Of a stretch of 57,291 bases of DNA, positions 24,984 to 35,615 are shown in pieces. Made by a program: the position numbers and the translations under genes. The notes under the pieces are model-generated. The model was not told the origin of the DNA and ran no database searches. It worked only from the letters and a program-made list of their open reading frames with translations. Each line of letters begins with the position of its first letter. The stretch's first letter is position 1. Source of the stretch: a virus (Duplodnaviria > Caudoviricetes); IMG/VR virus record IMGVR_UViG_3300008954_000065, positions 1 through 57,291 of that record; one strand, given 5' to 3'.

Positions 24984-26465
24984 TTATGACCTCACAAATT
25001 CTAAGGTTAACCACATCCGATTCCCTTGACCGATTGCCACACCATTTGTACCAGTTGACTGGCATCTCAGGCGAACGACATCAGATGCGGCAAGCTGGAC
25101 CAGAAATGCAGTGCCGGAGCTGGCGGTGTCGTCAATGGTGTTACGAGCATAAGAGGACGACCTCGAAGGAACGATTTCGACAGTGTTATTCTCCACCCAT
25201 CCGTCCACTGTACGCCTGGCATTGGTGTTCGTGTCAAACATTATAGAGTATGAAATGCGGTACACGCCAGCCGTGTTGATCGTTACATTCTCGCCTGACC
25301 GAGTGTAGTTTGAATCCTGGAAGTCGTTGGCATTCAGAACCACTGTTGTGGCTGCTGTATTGATGGTTAGATTGCCGGTCTGCCGGTACTGTGCAATATT
25401 CGGCGTAAAGCCGGAGATCGCAATGTTGGCCACTCCGCCACCAGCATCCGTTACAGTGACCGCACCACCAACAAAGTCAAGATTCGTATGAGGACCGCCC
25501 GCGACTATAGAGCCTTCGTCCTCGACGATAACGCTGCTACCAGAACCCGCCGGACCCTGTGGCCCTGTCGCGCCGGCTGCCCCGTTCGCCCCAACCGTTT
25601 GGATGCTTAGGCGAAGGCTGTCTGCCAGCGTGTTCATCGTGTCGCTACCGTCAACAACCTGACCCCTAATGCGGATAACATCCGTCGCATCAAGGTCTAA
25701 AATGGCAAAACCGGAATTGCCGCCCTCCTCATCACTAGAGTCATGAAACCATCTTGATCGAGTTCCCCCAACCTCAACAAAGCCGCCGCCCGTATTCAGC
25801 TCGATCCACATATCCACTGTGGCGTCGTTGTTACTTGACTCGCTTGAAGAACACCCGAAATCGATACGATATGTACCATCCGTATTAATGGTAAGCTCAG
25901 AGGATCCGCTTAGGGTGAAAGCCGCATTTGTTATTCTTGCCGTATTGAATGGCAACGTGCTGGCAGTTGTCGTAATGCCAGCATACGAGACAGAATGATA
26001 ATAGTTTGCGAACGCGGCTTCGGGCAGGTCAACCCATGAAAGACCGGACGGCTGAACGCTGTTTGCAGTCAGAACCTGCCTGGTTGACCCCACCGGAAAT
26101 CTCGCAACAGTGTCCGCGGCCGTCGCAACAATCAAGTCACCCCTTGCGTCTACAATGGTATCCAAGATTCCGTCAACAGACGTGGTTTGTAGAGCTGCCG
26201 TTTCACCTGGATTCCGAATCGAGGCCAGAGCGACGTTCATATCAACTAAAACCACTGTCCCAGACTGAGAACTCGTCAGCGTTACGGCTAGGGCATTTCG
26301 CGGGTCTGTTGACGAAAGCTCAATAACATCGATTAAGTCTGTTCTAGATATGCCATCAACCAGAACCATCGCCCCGAGCTGCACACGATCAAGGTTGTGA
26401 GTTATCCGTATCGACGAGGACGACGAAAATGTTTGTGTGAAAAGCTCTTTCCATGCACCAGCCAT
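24984..26465 (-). CDS. Tail fibre-like protein with two C1q/BclA-like beta-sandwich domains and short collagen-like linker
   Basis: GDLIVA..ARFPVG..QVLT fibre motif; LTINTDGTYRIDF and INTAGVYRISY; GANGAAGATGPQGPAG. Confidence 0.7.
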   Translation of the reverse strand: MAGAWKELFTQTFSSSSSIRITHNLDRVQLGAMVLVDGISRTDLIDVIELSSTDPRNALAVTLTSSQSGTVVLVDMNVALASIRNPGETAALQTTSVDGILDTIVDARGDLIVATAADTVARFPVGSTRQVLTANSVQPSGLSWVDLPEAAFANYYHSVSYAGITTTASTLPFNTARITNAAFTLSGSSELTINTDGTYRIDFGCSSSESSNNDATVDMWIELNTGGGFVEVGGTRSRWFHDSSDEEGGNSGFAILDLDATDVIRIRGQVVDGSDTMNTLADSLRLSIQTVGANGAAGATGPQGPAGSGSSVIVEDEGSIVAGGPHTNLDFVGGAVTVTDAGGGVANIAISGFTPNIAQYRQTGNLTINTAATTVVLNANDFQDSNYTRSGENVTINTAGVYRISYSIMFDTNTNARRTVDGWVENNTVEIVPSRSSSYARNTIDDTASSGTAFLVQLAASDVVRLRCQSTGTNGVAIGQGNRMWLTLEFVRS

Positions 26466-28612
26466 TATAACGCTCCTCCAAGACTAAACTTTATTCCGTT
26501 AACGACAAGGGCGATAATGCTTACATCCTGGTTTGGTGTCCCATCGTCTGTCATCTCGACACGGACGAACAAAACATCGCCCTCATAGTATGATGACGCA
26601 TCGAATGCGGCGAACTCCTGGTCAATCGCATAGTCGTCATACGTTGCAGGAAGGACTGTTCCTGATGGCACCAGATTCTGGGCATCAAATTCTGCGATAC
26701 CAGTCGTTAAAGTGTCTGTATTCACCAGAGACCGAGGCACTGGGTCAATGCCGCCTGATGGGTCTGCCACTAGGTTCCCGGCGACCTCTGCCGTATAAAC
26801 AGACATTGTGAGTTCTGGCGCAGCAGTAACGGGGGTTGACCCATTAAGCTTGTATACGACGGACATGTCCAAAGGATGGGCAGTACATAAACCTTCAGGA
26901 ATGGCGAACTGGAAGTAAATCGCATCACCTGTTTGGTTGAGCCTGCTGTTTGGCATTGGGTGTGTCCAACCTGTCGGAGTACCTCCAGACCCAACGCCAA
27001 CATTGGCCAAAACAACCCCGCCACTTTCACCAAAAACATTTCCGCTGGCAGAAAGGGTTCCGCGCCATTTAGCAAGTCCCGATGCCGTTTTTCTTCCTCT
27101 ACTGTTTATCTGTGAGGACGACGGCATGAGCCAGGTCCGCTCAAACGTGGGAAGAACAGATGGGGCAGAAATGATTTCGACGCATGACCAATATGTCGTT
27201 GCCCCATCGACGGACGTGGTTGCCCACGTTGAATCATCGTCAATGCCGTAGTGCAACCCCTCCTCTGAGGATGCGCGAAGAAACACATCATTCGCATATC
27301 GGTATGATTCTTCTTCGCTCACGGCCTCAATGCCGATTGTCTCCCACGCCGCTCCGTTCCAAATCTTGAACTCGTAAGATCCACCCACTCCGGCAGCGCT
27401 CTGGGCTATTTGAAGACCCCAGTGCTTGATCACCGAAACGGTATCCTGTCGCAATGACCCAAAATATATTCTGTGTCCTGCGGCAGTTCCTTGAAACGTG
27501 ATCGTTGACCCAGATATGCTCGAAGCGTCTGCCGTGACATCGACAAGTCCGCCAGTCCCTGTAGCGTTCGAGGTGACGACCTTTATCCCGTCCGCATATG
27601 GCGAACCGCTTCCAGCGTACACGCTAGATCCCTTTTCCGGGAACCCGAAAATAGAATCAACGCCAAAGGTTCTCTGCTGTGAAAAACTGGTATCACTTGA
27701 CTCCCTGAAGAACGAAAGACCAAAATCGCTATTGAGCAGGGCAGGGGGGAAAGAGTAGTTGGTTTGGTGATTCGCCGTTATTCTGACGACCGTATTCGTT
27801 CCAACGAGGCCGGGATCTGCAAGCACGGCAAACTGTGTTTGGTCCATCTTGCCGCCGAGAATGCTGACGTTTATCCCGTCGGATGCCATATGCAAACTGT
27901 TGTCGCAGTTGAAGGTGTTAATACCGAAAACAATCGTCGTACTTGTTCCGTCGCAGTAGATTGCGTCGGTGACATTTGGCGAGCCGACATTGAAGTCTGC
28001 GAGCTGAAACCGCCCGGCCCCCTCGGCCCTAGCGACAACATCGATGTCTCCCGACCCAGGTGGAACGTGGATAGATTCGAGAGCGATGACACCATTGTCA
28101 ACACGAAGAACCGTATCTAGGCCGCCTGTGTCGCATCGTATTTCTGCGCCAATGATTTTCCCGCCGCCGGTCTTGTAGATTCCGTTGCCAGAACCAGTCC
28201 CCCCGTCGCCATGCAGTTGCACATTATAGATGGAGAATGTGGCAGGGCCAACACCGTCAAACTCAACGCCTGACAACCCTGCCCCAGCCGGGCAGTCGAT
28301 TGCAATGCCGTCGATTTGGCTGAGGTCTCCAACGTCGAAAATGTTTGTCAGAGCTGTGCTGTCACCGATCCTCGTAACCTGATATCCACCAACCCCCTTC
28401 AGCGCAACGCCACCCGGAAGGGTCAACCCAGACTCGACATAGGTCCCAGGATAAACCGCGACCTCGTCTCCAGCCACAGCCACAGCTAATGCTGCGCCAA
28501 CCGTCAAAAACGGATGTAGAGGGTCGCCAGAGGTGCCGCTGGCATCATTGCCGTTGACGGCATCCACCCAGATGACGTTTCCGGTTCTTTGTAGCAGGCT
28601 CGCTGTGGGCAT
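26465..28612 (-). CDS. Tail spike-like protein, pectin-lyase-like beta-helix N-terminal half
   Basis: IWVDAVNGND..G....PFLTV.AAL..A.AGD.V.V.PGTY motif. Confidence 0.7.
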   Translation of the reverse strand: MPTASLLQRTGNVIWVDAVNGNDASGTSGDPLHPFLTVGAALAVAVAGDEVAVYPGTYVESGLTLPGGVALKGVGGYQVTRIGDSTALTNIFDVGDLSQIDGIAIDCPAGAGLSGVEFDGVGPATFSIYNVQLHGDGGTGSGNGIYKTGGGKIIGAEIRCDTGGLDTVLRVDNGVIALESIHVPPGSGDIDVVARAEGAGRFQLADFNVGSPNVTDAIYCDGTSTTIVFGINTFNCDNSLHMASDGINVSILGGKMDQTQFAVLADPGLVGTNTVVRITANHQTNYSFPPALLNSDFGLSFFRESSDTSFSQQRTFGVDSIFGFPEKGSSVYAGSGSPYADGIKVVTSNATGTGGLVDVTADASSISGSTITFQGTAAGHRIYFGSLRQDTVSVIKHWGLQIAQSAAGVGGSYEFKIWNGAAWETIGIEAVSEEESYRYANDVFLRASSEEGLHYGIDDDSTWATTSVDGATTYWSCVEIISAPSVLPTFERTWLMPSSSQINSRGRKTASGLAKWRGTLSASGNVFGESGGVVLANVGVGSGGTPTGWTHPMPNSRLNQTGDAIYFQFAIPEGLCTAHPLDMSVVYKLNGSTPVTAAPELTMSVYTAEVAGNLVADPSGGIDPVPRSLVNTDTLTTGIAEFDAQNLVPSGTVLPATYDDYAIDQEFAAFDASSYYEGDVLFVRVEMTDDGTPNQDVSIIALVVNGIKFSLGGAL

Positions 28613-28661
28613 CTAATCCTCCAAAAATAATCTATCAAATCGAAAGGTGAATCCGTAAGGT

Positions 28662-31600
28662 TTAATCATTGCTGATTTCCTCAATAGTTACCTGGGAAAT
28701 GTTTGTTGCGGTTACGCCGCTTGCGTCAAGAAGGGTGAGGTAAACAATCGGCGTTCCAGTCCCACTTACAGAATCAGCATTTGGCCTAAGAACAAAAGAT
28801 ATTTTATCCCCAGAAACAAGGAAGACCTCGCCATCTATAAAGACAGGGGTTGCCACATTGTCTGTCCCGCCCGCAATTGGAACCGCAAATGAATTATACG
28901 GAATGACGCAGACCCTAGACAAAAGAACATCGCCAAATGAGGACACAGACCCACCGGCAGCAAACGTCGCATCCCTTTGAATATCCAAAGTCAGATTCAT
29001 CGTTCCGGCATTAAGAGTCCCAGGAAGGCCATCCCCATTCTGATAAAAAATTTCAAAATAACATACACCCTTAATCTTGTAGGTTCCGTCTCTTGGTGCC
29101 TCAAAGTAAGCACCATCTGCGACAGAAGATCCCATGTCGGAACCTGGATCGGAACCCGGAGGGCTCACATTTGAATACGGTATGAATATAGAATTGGCGG
29201 CAGTGTTCGCGTTTGTCCAGTCAAGCTCGTAAGCGTTGCCCGCCAGAGAAACATCACTCAAGGCTTTTATCGATGGATCCGCCGGGTAAATCGAAACATT
29301 GTCAACGTATATCTCACTGTTTGCCGTTGCCCCGCTTCTGAGGAAATGGATGCGGGCATATCTTGCGTCAGACCCTGTAAAATGCCCCTCGCTCCTGTAA
29401 GTTACCCAGCTCCCGGTGGATGCGTTGCCGTCGCCCATCACTATCGTTCCGCTATCGGCGGGCGTTGCGGCGCTGGACCCATCTGCCTGGTAGTAGGCTA
29501 TCTTGCATTCGGGCAAGTCTCCAACGGCACAACTTCCGTTGCGCTGGAATGTCATCTCAATCCCATATGAAGACGCGGTGCCCCCCTCAAGTGGTATCAG
29601 GTCACTCTCCACTGTTGGCGCGGAGGGCAGAAGAGCCACAGATAATGCACCCGTTATAGAGGTGTCAGAGTTCAATATTGTCGTGTTGTCCCAACTCCCA
29701 GTCCCATCAAGTACGCGCCATGAAGTCGGCGGATTAAGCCTTCCGTTTGCCCAGGTTGTAAAGGCATTGTTGCGGACCTGCATGTAGCGTCCACCCATAT
29801 TCATCTGTGTTTTGCCTAGGACGGACTGAACAGATTGGAGCTTTTGCGCCTTGGTTAAACTGTTCGATGCCTCCATCGGGCTGTTTGCTGGGTTTGGTGC
29901 GCCGCGAGATTCAAGTGCAAGCCACCGTTTAAACCCAAGGTTGGGTTTGCCTCGAAGGGAGATGGTGGTGGTCGCATCTTCTTGGAAGTTGTGGGTTATG
30001 TTTGCAACAGCCAGGTACTGGGACTCGGTATACAGGTAGCTGTTTGGTTGAAACCCTATGATGTCGTGAATATCAAGCGACGGCATAAGCGGTATGGTGA
30101 CGGAGTGGTCAAACTCTGGGTTGGCCAAGTCTAAAATCATAGAAAGGGCCATCTTGGTGGCCTCTTTCCCAGTGTTTATCTGGCTGGTTGACGACTCCTG
30201 AACCTCCATGAACCTACGACCGTAAGATGTCATAGATGCCCCGTACTCTAGCTCAACAAATGCTGGCGTGTCTTCCTTTTCCCCACTTGGGGTAACATCA
30301 GTTTCTCCGTTAACATTGTATCCGACTCCAGATCCAGCAGGTATTCCTCCACCAGCTATGCTAACCTCGGCAGGCAAAGTGATTTGATTAATGCCAGTGG
30401 ACACATTTGTTGCCTGATCGTTATTGTCTACCTCGGCAGAATCATACGATACGCGCACAATATTTCTTATACGCTGACCGGCCAGCTCCGCCTTTGAGAC
30501 GGACTTAATATCTTCAGGCGAGAAAAGCGACGATATAGTCAAAGAGTCCCGCTCCGGCTCATAAATCACAAGTTTAAATGACTCGGTATCTTCATCCCAT
30601 CTATATTTAACGTCGTGGCCAAACTGTCCTGCGATGGTCCTGATGGCGACCATAACGGGCTCGCGCTTTTGGATGTATTTATTAACCGCCCACTCATAAG
30701 GGGCGGCGACAAGAGACACGGGGTCTCCAGGGTCAACATATGAATCTGTCTTGCTGGCAGGCGGGGTGGCACTGTTCGCCGCCAGTATTTCGCCCATTAT
30801 CTCGGCGGCATACTTGAGGGGAGGAACAGCGTCAGGCTCATTGCCATAAAACGCATCGGCCTCGATGAACGTATCAACAAGAACCCCACCCTTATCCCGA
30901 AACATAACGGAGGTCTCTTCAGTGCCCCAGTCAATCCCGTCAATCGTGCCGTCCAGCAACTGCCAGTAATCACTTCCACTGGCCTGAATCCCAAGAGGCA
31001 TTGTAGCCGTGTATATTTTGATGCCACGGTTTATCTCTATGAACTTTTCCGTCGTCGTAAGATCTGAATCTGGAGACTGAAGGTTTAACCTTGTGTCATT
31101 CTTAAGATAGGCAAGAGACAGGTTTTCCTGCTCACGTAAAAACTTAACAGTACCCTGAACGCAAGCATTGTCCGGGCTGTTTGACGTACTCAAGCTTGAA
31201 ACGAAGTCGAGACCATCAAGGTCCGTGGCGTCGTAATAAAACTCAGTGCCACTGCTGTCTGGTTTTTCTATCGCGACTTTAACGCTCTGGCTTGTGTGGA
31301 ACGGAAGCAGAAGGCCGCGCCGATAGTCTTCTTCTATTTGGACTGCGGTGAGCGATTCGTTCCAGGCGTACACCCCGGCTATTTTGCCGCTAAACGGCTG
31401 ACCCCAGGCCCCGGCAGATGACACCTGGCCGCCAATATTCCACTCTGCGTTGGCTCCTCCGCCTGGGGTGTTCCAGGTGCCCGATTGAAGGCCCATCTGC
31501 TCTATGAATCGCCCGTTCACGTACAAATCATAATCAACCTGGGAACCCCCGTTGGCCTTCCTGACAAAGCAGACGTATATCCATCTTTTCACAGGTGGCT

Positions 31601-32081
31601 GATATGTGGACCTCCACGTGCTGATAGAGCCAGCGCCATCCTCTGTGAAAATCTCAAACACGGGGTCGGTTGTGATGCTCAACCTGAAAAGACAGTTATC
31701 CGCAGCGGCTGCCGAGTCGCTTGGCCCGCTGAACTTTAAAGCCGTGTTGAAAACAGGTACTGCAAGGTCGGCCACATACAACCAGCACCCGACTGATACC
31801 GTTTGCGTCTTAAATGCCGCTATAGATGCAGTGTCAGACCCAGGCGTTTCGGTTGCTAGACCCATCACATCGGCACCAACAAACTCGCGGCCCATGCCTA
31901 TGGGGGATGCGCACATGTATGGGGGATCTACGGTCGCTGTTGGGTGGTCTATAAGGTTCTCTCCAGTTGTACCCCATACAGACGGGGATGCAACACCTGT
32001 GGTTTCGTCAAAAAACCACGCCCGCAGAGATGAAGACCTCTGCTTTGGATGCGCTCCGCGTCTGTTTGAGGGCATTCTCAT
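28662..32081 (-). CDS. Large tail tip/baseplate hub-like protein with N-terminal LamG/concanavalin-like domain
   Basis: W.YVCFV..YVNG..IGG..FSGKIA.V..W..LT..I LamG signature; position after Dit-like genes. Confidence 0.7.
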   Translation of the reverse strand: MRMPSNRRGAHPKQRSSSLRAWFFDETTGVASPSVWGTTGENLIDHPTATVDPPYMCASPIGMGREFVGADVMGLATETPGSDTASIAAFKTQTVSVGCWLYVADLAVPVFNTALKFSGPSDSAAAADNCLFRLSITTDPVFEIFTEDGAGSISTWRSTYQPPVKRWIYVCFVRKANGGSQVDYDLYVNGRFIEQMGLQSGTWNTPGGGANAEWNIGGQVSSAGAWGQPFSGKIAGVYAWNESLTAVQIEEDYRRGLLLPFHTSQSVKVAIEKPDSSGTEFYYDATDLDGLDFVSSLSTSNSPDNACVQGTVKFLREQENLSLAYLKNDTRLNLQSPDSDLTTTEKFIEINRGIKIYTATMPLGIQASGSDYWQLLDGTIDGIDWGTEETSVMFRDKGGVLVDTFIEADAFYGNEPDAVPPLKYAAEIMGEILAANSATPPASKTDSYVDPGDPVSLVAAPYEWAVNKYIQKREPVMVAIRTIAGQFGHDVKYRWDEDTESFKLVIYEPERDSLTISSLFSPEDIKSVSKAELAGQRIRNIVRVSYDSAEVDNNDQATNVSTGINQITLPAEVSIAGGGIPAGSGVGYNVNGETDVTPSGEKEDTPAFVELEYGASMTSYGRRFMEVQESSTSQINTGKEATKMALSMILDLANPEFDHSVTIPLMPSLDIHDIIGFQPNSYLYTESQYLAVANITHNFQEDATTTISLRGKPNLGFKRWLALESRGAPNPANSPMEASNSLTKAQKLQSVQSVLGKTQMNMGGRYMQVRNNAFTTWANGRLNPPTSWRVLDGTGSWDNTTILNSDTSITGALSVALLPSAPTVESDLIPLEGGTASSYGIEMTFQRNGSCAVGDLPECKIAYYQADGSSAATPADSGTIVMGDGNASTGSWVTYRSEGHFTGSDARYARIHFLRSGATANSEIYVDNVSIYPADPSIKALSDVSLAGNAYELDWTNANTAANSIFIPYSNVSPPGSDPGSDMGSSVADGAYFEAPRDGTYKIKGVCYFEIFYQNGDGLPGTLNAGTMNLTLDIQRDATFAAGGSVSSFGDVLLSRVCVIPYNSFAVPIAGGTDNVATPVFIDGEVFLVSGDKISFVLRPNADSVSGTGTPIVYLTLLDASGVTATNISQVTIEEISND

Positions 32082-32320
32082 ATTACATCTTCACCTGATT
32101 CAGACTGCACTATTGTTACGGCAGCGGTCGTGCATCTAATGTTAACGGTTATTTCTGATGCCTCACCCCGCTTCATGGAAGCCTTAAACCCGGAAACAAC
32201 AGGGGCACTCATTGCAAGCGAAACAGCCTGCCCGATAAAGTTTCCACCCGGAGCTGGAACGTCCAGCTCTCCATCAACTTCAATGATTATTTTTCTTATT
32301 GGTTGTCGTATTCCTGACAT
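32078..32320 (-). CDS. Hypothetical tail protein
   Basis: GGAG RBS; coupled to next gene. Confidence 0.6.
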   Translation of the reverse strand: MSGIRQPIRKIIIEVDGELDVPAPGGNFIGQAVSLAMSAPVVSGFKASMKRGEASEITVNIRCTTAAVTIVQSESGEDVI

Positions 32321-32328
32321 GCTCTCTC

Positions 32329-34608
32329 CTATCTAAAAATCCGTCTATCGTATCCCTTGCGAAAAGTGGTTACGATCTCATCCATCTCAATCACCCTTTT
32401 CCATATCATGACCGACTTGATTTTCCCGTCGAAATTCTGCGGTACGTCGTTCGTTCCGATTGCGCTCCCATGGGTGGTTCCGGCACCGGTCCCGCCGTTC
32501 TCGGCAGAGAAAGTGGTCCGACCAAAAGACAGTCCGGCAGCTTCATCCAACAGCGAAACCATTGTTTTCGACGCCACGTTTGCGTATATAGAGGCAGTAG
32601 CATTCGGGAGGTCAAGCGTACCCAGAATGAAATACCATTCCCCGGTAGAAACGACATCTGTGTTGCTGGTTAATCCTTCAAATGAATCACCAATCTCTGA
32701 CCTGCCGCCCCATTGGATAGATCCACCACCATCCGTGTGGACGTTCAAGGCGACCTTGCTGAAAGATGAGCCAGCTTTTATGGGAATATTCAGTATTGAT
32801 CCGACGGTCATATTCTCAACATAAATCCAGGCACCGACACTTACCCCGGAATGGCCACCAAGATCTGAAGACAGGTTGGAGAGCCCAGAGTGGTCGCTCG
32901 GTAGATCAAATCCCTGTGATGCGGCTGGATCAAAGCTCTGGCAGAACCCAAACCCGTCGTCTATGTCGTAGACAAGCGTGGGCGCTGCGGGTGCCAGCTT
33001 CTTTTGATAGAGATATCCACCAGCAGCGTCTAAGCTATAGGGACCATTCAGTTGGTCAATGACAAACTCTGGCTCCAGTATAAAGTTGGCATCTGGCCTG
33101 GAAACGCCACCTTCCTGCACCGGGGAAACCTCTTGGAGTATAAGATTTATGGACCTGTCGTTGGAGGAATACGTCCCACCGTGCTGGACATATGCTTCAG
33201 AATCGACCTTGCCGATAACTTCTTTAGGGTGCTGGCTGCCGATGCAATCGCCCGACACCAAGAGTCGTGGCAGCTTAGAGAATGCCCGGTCTTGCGGGGG
33301 TATGAAGTCGTACCCATAAAGACCCTTCTGGTATATCTCGGCAATCTGGTAAACATCAAGAGCCTGCCTGTAATACCTGAAGTCGTCTACGCTGCACAGA
33401 GCGCTGTCGCCAGATATGGTCGGCACGGCTGCCTTGTCGCCTATATATATATTTTCAGCAAACTGTGCTGAATCTGGTGTTGCCGTATCCGTCCCAACGA
33501 GTACCCCATTTTTATACAGCGACAATGTGGGTGTCGTCGTCGGGGATGAATACACCATGGTCAAGTGTGCCCACTCGTCCGCGACTAGCGTGTCGGGATC
33601 GTTAATCGCAGCGCTGGTGCCATCTAACTGGTAAAACACTCTGGCGTTTCCGGTTGCCATAGAAAACACCCAGCCATGGGTGACGGCAAACTGCTCTGCC
33701 AGATCTGGGGAAGCAACGAGAAGGGATCCGGCAGATGGGTTTACCCAGAAGCATACGGTTATTTCATCGTCAGTGTTTAGCTCTATTGGGTCGCCAAGAG
33801 AAACAGGGAACTCTACGTTGTCGGTTGCATCTGTATTTAAAAGAGCACCGTCGCCGCTTTTGCGGGTCAAGTTGCCAGCCGCAATGTTGTCGGAAGTCGG
33901 AACTCCCTCCACGCCATTAACCCTGTCCGCGAAGTCACCCGGATAGTCAAACGGGCACTGCATAACGACGCCGTTGTCGTTTTGCCACGCATAAAGATCG
34001 GCAACAAAGGATGCGTCCACATTAAATGGAAGCAGGACTAAATCGTCCATATCTTTCGATACAGTCCCGGCGGGAAAGTTTGTATAGTCAATGGTCACGA
34101 TGCCATCTGCTACGGTGATAAAAGATGTCACCGCTGTGGCAACCCCATCCTGGTATGTGTCACCGGTCGCAGTTTCAACATGCTGATGCCATTCTCCAGA
34201 CCCAGTGTTGTCTGCCCAGACAATAACCGTCCACTTCTTTGTCGGAAATCCAACGTCAAATGACATGTCTGCGGTAAAACTCGCATGACCGGTTCCGAAT
34301 CGCTGTAGCCCGCCGCCTTCGACAATGGACTTGCTCGCCAGAGACGTTGGTGCCACCCCAGAGTCGCTCCAGAAGTTTGTATTCAACGGGAAGTGGTGCC
34401 CGCGACCCATCAGAAGGCCCTCGACCGTATCGGCCACAGAGGGCGTCTGGAACAGCATGCTGCCGCTCCAGGTTCTTGGATTCATTCTTCTGCGAATCAG
34501 TGCCCTGTTCGTAAAAGACTTGCCAGAGTTCCCATATTGCGTCGATGTTTCCGACATGCCGCCGTTTACAATCGGAACATTCCATCCGTTGATGTTAAAG
34601 AAGCTCAT
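32329..34608 (-). CDS. Distal-tail (Dit)-like protein with two LamG domains
   Basis: WAHLTMVY..LYKNG..VDDFRYY and WYFILGT..FDGKI.SV.IW; N-terminus paralogous to 34605..35615. Confidence 0.65.
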   Translation of the reverse strand: MSFFNINGWNVPIVNGGMSETSTQYGNSGKSFTNRALIRRRMNPRTWSGSMLFQTPSVADTVEGLLMGRGHHFPLNTNFWSDSGVAPTSLASKSIVEGGGLQRFGTGHASFTADMSFDVGFPTKKWTVIVWADNTGSGEWHQHVETATGDTYQDGVATAVTSFITVADGIVTIDYTNFPAGTVSKDMDDLVLLPFNVDASFVADLYAWQNDNGVVMQCPFDYPGDFADRVNGVEGVPTSDNIAAGNLTRKSGDGALLNTDATDNVEFPVSLGDPIELNTDDEITVCFWVNPSAGSLLVASPDLAEQFAVTHGWVFSMATGNARVFYQLDGTSAAINDPDTLVADEWAHLTMVYSSPTTTPTLSLYKNGVLVGTDTATPDSAQFAENIYIGDKAAVPTISGDSALCSVDDFRYYRQALDVYQIAEIYQKGLYGYDFIPPQDRAFSKLPRLLVSGDCIGSQHPKEVIGKVDSEAYVQHGGTYSSNDRSINLILQEVSPVQEGGVSRPDANFILEPEFVIDQLNGPYSLDAAGGYLYQKKLAPAAPTLVYDIDDGFGFCQSFDPAASQGFDLPSDHSGLSNLSSDLGGHSGVSVGAWIYVENMTVGSILNIPIKAGSSFSKVALNVHTDGGGSIQWGGRSEIGDSFEGLTSNTDVVSTGEWYFILGTLDLPNATASIYANVASKTMVSLLDEAAGLSFGRTTFSAENGGTGAGTTHGSAIGTNDVPQNFDGKIKSVMIWKRVIEMDEIVTTFRKGYDRRIFR

Positions 34609-35615
34609 GGCAGCACCGGATATCTGGTTGGCTCGCCTTCTCCCTCTGAGAGAACGGAACCACCAAGACGAAGCACTGGAAGATTGAACGGGGAAACCGG
34701 TACTGCAACATCCGGGTCATACTTATACCCTGGTAGGTACTCGGTAAGCTTGAAGGAGACAGTTTTGGCGTTGTTGGAGCCCGGCTTCTGAATGTAGGCT
34801 ATAGATGTGACCTCGCCAGTTACGGGGACACTCGGCTCTGCCACCACGGGAGTAGTGTATCCTGTGCCCACGCTCAACTGCTCGATAAAGTAGTCCGGCA
34901 TTACATACGGAACAATGAACATGTCCGATATTTTTGCGGTCAGTGACAGCCCTGTTTCGTTGAAGTCAAACTCTATCGACAGGTAGAGGACTCCTTCACG
35001 AACTTCAGCAGAATAGCCAATCCCACCAACGGGAATAGACTTACCAGTGCTAATATACGTATTATCATAACTTTGTTTTACCCCGGCGAGATAAACCTCA
35101 CCATCAGATCTAAAGAACATTGGGTCATATTCCGTGGTGTCATCATTATAAACAAGGAACATGGCTGTCCACTTGTCGTCTTGAAGTTGACAGTCCCACG
35201 CAAACATGTCGGAAAAGTATGTGGCAAAAGGGGCGTTGAAGTTCACCTCAAGACACCCGCTTGACCAATAGTCCCCACCTGTTCCAGAGAATGTCAAGCC
35301 GTCTGTCGGGCTGGTGGCGAGTTCCATCAGCTCGCGGCCCGTGTAACCGGGGACCAAAGACATGCCCGTGTCGGACGTCGAGCCGTTTTCTAGTGCCCAG
35401 TAATGCCCCTCACCGTTAATCAGGTTGATGAACCCGTCGGCTATATCAAAGTCTTGGAATAGCGCAGTCGCTTCCCATGTTCGCCTGTATCCACGTCCAG
35501 CATTGCGAAGCTGCCCACCGAAAGAACGGCTGACACCTTGTATTTTATCTTCACCGCGTGAACATTGGTTCATCACGATTGGGATATTTATGCCGTTTAA
35601 GATGAGGAACTGCAT
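34605..35615 (-). CDS. Distal-tail (Dit)-like protein
   Basis: Directly after tape measure (TAATG coupling); paralogous N-terminus. Confidence 0.6.
   Translation of the reverse strand: MQFLILNGINIPIVMNQCSRGEDKIQGVSRSFGGQLRNAGRGYRRTWEATALFQDFDIADGFINLINGEGHYWALENGSTSDTGMSLVPGYTGRELMELATSPTDGLTFSGTGGDYWSSGCLEVNFNAPFATYFSDMFAWDCQLQDDKWTAMFLVYNDDTTEYDPMFFRSDGEVYLAGVKQSYDNTYISTGKSIPVGGIGYSAEVREGVLYLSIEFDFNETGLSLTAKISDMFIVPYVMPDYFIEQLSVGTGYTTPVVAEPSVPVTGEVTSIAYIQKPGSNNAKTVSFKLTEYLPGYKYDPDVAVPVSPFNLPVLRLGGSVLSEGEGEPTRYPVLP

Noticed and set aside
19373-34608. Diversity-generating retroelement or invertible tail-fibre shufflon
   Set aside because: No reverse transcriptase or invertase recognised, and no TR/VR pair differing at adenines seen by eye
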